From NCBI GenBank assembly GCA_019828565.1, contig JAHDYR010000050.1, positions 59,613 to 123,612 on the forward strand: a DNA stretch of 64,000 nucleotides. The letters run 5' to 3'. The notes below the pieces were generated by a model. That model was given only the letters and a program-made list of their open reading frames with translations, did no database searches and had not been told where the DNA came from. A program made the translations under genes and the position numbers. Positions 58,147-64,000 of the stretch are shown here, piece after piece (position 1 is the stretch's first letter; the number at the start of each line of letters is the position of its first letter). The stretch comes from Carpediemonas membranifera BICM (Eukaryota; Protista; Fornicata).

Positions 58147-58571
58147 GAGGCGGTGTCCGACGAGCCAGCTTACCAGGCAGAGTGGATGCACTACGAGGTG
58201 CCAGCTCGCGAGGAGAGCGAGGAGGGCGCCTTTGGTGAGGAGGTGGACTTATGCAAGAGTGCCGATGAGGAACCAAAGATCGACCACGACGAGCATGGCG
58301 GGGAGGTGGCGGGCAGAGATGGTGATGGGGAGATTCAAGAGAACGTGATTGATGAGGAGCGCTCAGAGAGCGATACTGCCGACAGTATCGTCTTTTCCTT
58401 CATCTGACATTGTAAAGAGGAAGAGTTTATGATTGGAGCATAGCTGATGTCCATAAACACCATTCATAAGCCAGTCCTGGCTTGTTTTCCACTGCTACTT
58501 CTCTCGTTGCGACGTACAGCTAGCTGTCGCGAAATGCACTTTAAGACCAATTTTCACACAGCTACCTGTGC

Positions 58572-59876
58572 ATGGTGTTCGAGCTAGATAGCGACAAGCT
58601 GGAGCGACTTACTTCCTTACCTGGTAATAGTAGACAATATCTGCACGACTTTGAACCTGAAAAGCTGCAGGTCGTGATCAAAGTTGATGAGCATTATGGT
58701 ATGGAGGTTCCCACCCTGCTAGCGCTCAAGGACAGTCCGCATGTCCTCCCTGTCGTCGATACAGGTTTTGTCGACCGTGATCCAGCCTTCATGGCTCCTT
58801 TGGTCAACTGTACCCCCTTCGCTGGCATCTGCAAGGCTCACTCCAGCGTGCAGTTCCGCTATGTTTCGCATCTGCTGCAGGCAGTATGCTACATGCATGA
58901 CCACGGGGTTGTCCATTGCGATATTAAGCCAGACAACTTCCTCTTCAGCAAGAGTCAGAAGGGATACCTCATTGATTTTGGGTCTGCAATGAGGAAGCCG
59001 GCTAATGGCGACGACAGGTGGGCCATACAACTGAGATTCGCATCCGAGTATCGCGGCACCCATGGATATTTGCCCCCAGAGCTTTTCTACGAGTACCTTG
59101 TCTCGCGCTCAGTGATTCCTGCTGCACGCGACACCTCCAAGCTCGCGCGCATGACGGCAGGGGCTCTTTCCGTCACTTCTTATGTCGTGACACCTGCATC
59201 GGACATTTACTCTTGCGGTATTGTCATTATGATGCTCGTTAACGGTCTCTCTAAGTCCCCCTTTGCCGCGAAGGTGACTGACATGGGTGCAAACATGGCG
59301 CAGATCGACAACAAGAAGAAGAAGAAGATGCTGAAGCTTGGTAGCTTGCTGAACTGGTGCCAATTCTATGGTGGGCAGTTGCAGTTGTCACCTCAGGCAC
59401 AGACACATTTCAAAGATTTCCTCGAGTGTGTCAATGTGAACTCTGAGCTCCCGATTCGCGGCACCACGCCACCTACTTGTCTCAGCCTGTACGACCTGGC
59501 AATGCAGATGCTCCACTTCGACCCTGCGAAGCGTCCCACTGCTGCCGAATGTCTTGAAAAGCTCAAGGTCATCATGCGCGTGCATGAATGCGTCGCCAAG
59601 CCGAGTCCGCTTCTGTTAGATGATACAGAAGAGGTCACCCTGTCTGCAGCTCAGCGAAAGAGACTGACCGACTGCTGTCAGCGAGGGTTTGAGGGTCAAG
59701 TCTTCTATCGGCGCTGCATAGTGTGTGGTAGAGACCTTCATGGACGCGAGAACGTCAGCTGTGACACATGCCACAAGGGATACAGGCAGGTGAGCACCAA
59801 TAAGTGCGCAAAAGGTGTGCGCGGAAGACTGCACAGGCAGTTTATTGCAATGATTGAGCGGACGAAAAGAGATTGA
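58572..59876 (+). CDS. Ser/Thr protein kinase (non-RD; DIKPxNFL as in CDC7/CK1-like kinases) with C-terminal Cys finger
   Basis: VIK, HCDIKPDNFL, DFG, GTHGYLPPE, SDIYSCG, DPAKRPTA; CIVC..CDTC. Confidence 0.9.
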   Translation: MVFELDSDKLERLTSLPGNSRQYLHDFEPEKLQVVIKVDEHYGMEVPTLLALKDSPHVLPVVDTGFVDRDPAFMAPLVNCTPFAGICKAHSSVQFRYVSHLLQAVCYMHDHGVVHCDIKPDNFLFSKSQKGYLIDFGSAMRKPANGDDRWAIQLRFASEYRGTHGYLPPELFYEYLVSRSVIPAARDTSKLARMTAGALSVTSYVVTPASDIYSCGIVIMMLVNGLSKSPFAAKVTDMGANMAQIDNKKKKKMLKLGSLLNWCQFYGGQLQLSPQAQTHFKDFLECVNVNSELPIRGTTPPTCLSLYDLAMQMLHFDPAKRPTAAECLEKLKVIMRVHECVAKPSPLLLDDTEEVTLSAAQRKRLTDCCQRGFEGQVFYRRCIVCGRDLHGRENVSCDTCHKGYRQVSTNKCAKGVRGRLHRQFIAMIERTKRD

Positions 59877-60449
59877 TACTTTCTGTGATGCAGGAATGAG
59901 ATCAATGCTGCTGACAGGTCTCGAGATGGCAGAGGTGCTGGAGAAGAGAGCGCAGAAAAGGCATCAGAAGTAAATGTCCTAAGGAGATGTAACAGAAGTA
60001 GCAAGCAATGTTTAATAACGTATGAACAGTCCTTTTGATGTTGTTTAGTGATTTTGTGCATTAACGACCGAGAACAGTGGAGTGCAACGCAGATGTTGGT
60101 TATTGATGGTAGATGGCGCGCTTTTGACGACAGCTGGTTGCTTTTGCAGTATAAAGAACCGCATAGCTGCCACTAGTTCCTTCCAATAATGCTTTCCCGC
60201 CATTTTGAGGTTGGAATGAAATTCCAAGCACCGTGCACTTTATGTAATTGCCCAATATCAACGCCACCCCCGCCCCCAGCGCCTCCACGCCCCACGCCAA
60301 CGCCACCTCCGCCCCCTGGCGCTCAGTTCAGGAGATGTCCGGTCGATAAGCCATAAACTGCACGGATCCACAAACGTGGATTGGCCTGAACGACAGCGCT
60401 GAGGCCCAAACAGGTGGTGAGACATTAAAAAGACTCATTTGCAATCCAT

Positions 60450-61618
60450 TTACTCAGTCCTCACCCTCTTACCACTTGTCTCGATCTCTGAATCATCCTC
60501 TATTGTGTTGTCCGCATGCTTCTGCTTTTCGGGCGACTCATGGGTCACCGCCGCGGTTTGTCCGAGACCAAATGCCATTCTTGCAAACGCCATAAGGTCT
60601 GGCGGGAATGTACTGCTTGTCGTCAGAGCATTGTAGATCTCAGGACGGATATCTTTCGCCGTTGAGTAAACCATGCACAGATGACTGTGAACAATGAGGG
60701 TGCTCAAGCCCCTGACTGTATCGTTATCCTTCGGGATCATTCGGTTCTTCAGCAAGGAAGTGAAGTCGGCGAAGTGGATGATGATGACACCAATGATGTT
60801 GTGGAACTTTGACATCATGCTTTCTGTCTCACCCATCAGTTTCAGACGCTCCACAACGTTGTTGTAGAAGGGGGTCTTCGTTATGTTAAGGCGTGTGGAA
60901 AGTGCACCTTGCTTGTTCGCCTGGACAAAGATCCTCTGCTGCTGAAGAGCCACTGAGAGCAGGGCGTCGCTGGGGGCCACGTTTTCGTTATACTTAATCT
61001 TCTGGCTTGACAAACAGTCGTAGAGACAAAGCTGGTAAGCAATCCAGGCCCGAATAACTCGGACGTTGTTCTCCTGGAATGAGTGTTCCAGCTCGTGAAG
61101 GGTCGACTCACTGGCGTTGAAACCATCCATCCCAGAGATATCGATGGTAATGGCAGAGTTTTTCGGCACGCTGCGAATCCACGTTTCAAGGCTTGTCTCT
61201 TCCTGGCGGCTGAGGTTCTTGAGTGGTACGATGACCTGCTGTTGTGTCGGGGCAGGCGTACCAGCGCGTCGCGGCGCCAGCTGTCCCACTTCTTTGTCTG
61301 CACCTTCTTCTTCGCAGACTTGGTGGTCTTGGGCTGAAGCTTGGATGCAGGCTTGGCGGTTTCTCCTACCGCGACAGGCACATCTTCAATGGGCTCTTGG
61401 GGAATCTCCGCCAGGAGATCTAGCTCTTTCATGATAGACGGGCTGTCGGCGAAGAGATCGCGCAAGAAACGGTCGAATGCTCTGTCAAACTCACCAGAAA
61501 TGACCGCGGCGATATTTCGGGCCTGTCTGTTGTTTCTTTCTGATGGGACAGCGCCACAAGTAAGCTCAATAGCAGCAATAAGCTGCTGCAAATGCAGTTC
61601 TGACTCCAGAGTGTCCAT
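60450..61618 (-). CDS. ~381-aa hypothetical protein with a 23-nt intron (61239-61261)
   Basis: Removing gtacgcctgccccgacacaacag joins MDTLESE..RRDAL to QVIVPLKNL in frame. Confidence 0.7.
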
Positions 61619-62262
61619 TGCTGCATAAGCTGCACATGAATCCAGCCTGGTCGATTCCTTCACGCGGCAGACAAGAAGAGAGACGTGCCAGGCATGGCAC
61701 TCTCTCTGGCAATGGCAAGTCTTCAACGGGAAGCCGCGAACGCCTCGTTGATCTGTCTTGGCATTTGTTGAGGACAACACAGCTGTAAACGACAATAAGA
61801 TGAAACAGAAGTAGCAAGCAATGTTTAATAACGTATGAACAGTCCTTTTGATGTTGTTTAGTGATTTTGTGCATTAACGACCGAGAACAGTGGAGTGCAA
61901 CGCAGATGTTGGTTATTGATGGTAGATGGCGCGCTTTTGACGACAGCTGGTTGCTTTTGCAGTATAAAGAACCGCATAGCTGCCACTAGTTCCTTCCAAT
62001 AATGCTTTCCCGCCATTTTGAGGTTGGAATGAAATTCCAAGCACCGTGCACTTTATGTAATTGCCCAATATCAACGCCACCCCCGCCCCCAGCGCCTCCA
62101 CGCCCCACGCCAACGCCACCTCCGCCCCCTGGCGCTCAGTTCAGGAGATGTCCGGTCGATAAGCCATAAACTGCACGGATCCACAAACGTGGATTGGCCT
62201 GAACGACAGCGCTGAGGCCCAAACAGGTGGTGAGACATTAAAAAGACTCATTTGCAATCCAT

Positions 62263-63430
62263 TTACTCAGTCCTCACCCTCTTACCACTTGTCTCGATCT
62301 CTGAATCATCCTCTATTGTGTTGTCCGCATGCTTCTGCTTTTCGGGCGACTCATGGGTCACCGCCGCGGTTTGTCCGAGACCAAATGCCATTCTTGCAAA
62401 CGCCATAAGGTCTGGCGGGAATGTACTGCTTGTCGTCAGAGCATTGTAGATCTCAGGACGGATATCTTTCGCCGTTGAGTAAACCATGCACAGATGACTG
62501 TGAACAATGAGGGTGCTCAAGCCCCTGACTGTATCGTTATCCTTCGGGATCATTCGGTTCTTCAGCAAGGAAGTGAAGTCGGCGAAGTGGATGATGATGA
62601 CACCAATGATGTTGTGGAACTTTGACATCATGCTTTCTGTCTCACCCATCAGTTTCAGACGCTCCACAACGTTGTTGTAGAAGGGGGTCTTCGTTATGTT
62701 AAGGCGTGTGGAAAGTGCACCTTGCTTGTTCGCCTGGACAAAGATCCTCTGCTGCTGAAGAGCCACTGAGAGCAGGGCGTCGCTGGGGGCCACGTTTTCG
62801 TTATACTTAATCTTCTGGCTTGACAAACAGTCGTAGAGACAAAGCTGGTAAGCAATCCAGGCCCGAATAACTCGGACGTTGTTCTCCTGGAATGAGTGTT
62901 CCAGCTCGTGAAGGGTCGACTCACTGGCGTTGAAACCATCCATCCCAGAGATATCGATGGTAATGGCAGAGTTTTTCGGCACGCTGCGAATCCACGTTTC
63001 AAGGCTTGTCTCTTCCTGGCGGCTGAGGTTCTTGAGTGGTACGATGACCTGCTGTTGTGTCGGGGCAGGCGTACCAGCGCGTCGCGGCGCCAGCTGTCCC
63101 ACTTCTTTGTCTGCACCTTCTTCTTCGCAGACTTGGTGGTCTTGGGCTGAAGCTTGGATGCAGGCTTGGCGGTTTCTCCTACCGCGACAGGCACATCTTC
63201 AATGGGCTCTTGGGGAATCTCCGCCAGGAGATCTAGCTCTTCATGATAGACGGGCTGTCGGCGAAGAGATCGCGCAAGAAACGGTCGAATGCTCTGTCAA
63301 ACTCACCAGAAATGACCGCGGCGATATTTCGGGCCTGTCTGTTGTTTCTTTCTGATGGGACAGCGCCACAAGTAAGCTCAATAGCAGCAATAAGCTGCTG
63401 CAAATGCAGTTCTGACTCCAGAGTGTCCAT
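62263..63430 (-). pseudogene. Second copy of the ~381-aa gene; 1-nt homopolymer deletion at ~63241
   Basis: Same intron; ctcttcat here versus ctctttcat in copy 1. Confidence 0.65.
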
Positions 63431-64000
63431 TGCTGCATAAGCTGCACATGAATCCAGCCTGGTCGATTCCTTCACGCGGCAGACAAGAAGAGAGACGTGC
63501 CAGGCATGGCACTCTCTCTGGCAATGGCAAGTCTTCAACGGGAAGCCGCGAACGCCTCGTTGATCTGTCTTGGCATTTGTTGAGGACAACACAGCTGTAA
63601 ACGACAATAAGATGAAACAGAAGTAGCAAGCAATGTTTAATAACGTATGAACAGTCCTTTTGATGTTGTTTAGTGATTTTTGTGCATTAACGACCGAGAA
63701 CAGTGGAGTGCAACGCAGATGTTGGTTATTGATGGTAGATGGCGCGCTTTTGACGACAGCTGGTTGCTTTTGCAGTATAAAGAACCGCATAGCTGCCACT
63801 AGTTCCTTCCAATAATGCTTTCCCGCCATTTTGAGGTTGGAATGAAATTCCAAGCACCGTGCACTTTATGTAATTGCCCAATATCAACGCCACCCCCGCC
63901 CCCAGCGCCTCCACGCCCCACGCCAACGCCACCTCCGCCCCCTGGCGCTCAGTTCAGGAGATGTCCGGTCGATAAAGCCATAAACTGCACGGATCCACAA

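Larger units (their letters stand above)
59991..64000 (-). repeat. Tandem array of 1813-bp units (>=2.2 copies, runs off window)
   Basis: Stop codons at 60450 and 62263; near-identical units. Confidence 0.97.

Noticed and set aside
48376-59876. Endogenous giant virus or Polinton
   Set aside because: No capsid, packaging ATPase, polB or primase-helicase motifs recognised. It cannot be fully excluded beyond the window.

Overview
This is a eukaryotic, transposon-saturated window in the standard genetic code. It is probably a protist, and a 23-nt intron with a fused branch-point/3' splice site suggests a metamonad (inference). Bases 5.6-35 kb are a nested stack of at least six chromodomain-lineage Ty3/gypsy LTR elements, all on the minus strand. 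One is an intact 4.4-kb element with a 1324-aa polyprotein, and another is interrupted by a 10.6-kb APE-type LINE with a 17-18 bp TSD and (TTTC)n tail. The most striking signal is that all four visible LTR-to-gag junctions, from four different families, lack a tRNA primer-binding site. Each instead carries a different 10-12 nt GT...AC self-complementary sequence directly after the LTR-terminal CA, suggesting an undescribed tRNA-independent priming mode. The LINE's very long ORF1 contains a Maelstrom/arenavirus-NP-type DEDDh exonuclease. Both flanks (1-5.5 kb and 35-64 kb) carry a divergent RAG1/Transib/Chapaev-like DDE transposase that has lost its zinc ligands, plus a paralogous RCC1-like gene. 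The flanks also hold chromatin/ubiquitin/RNase-type genes: PHD on the left, and SET, chromodomain, OTU, a dead tyrosine recombinase, a kinase and a 7x tandem Swt1-type HEPN array on the right. This pattern is consistent with giant cargo-carrying DNA transposons. All domain calls come from motif recognition by eye with no database searches. Many frameshifts lie in homopolymers and may be assembly errors.
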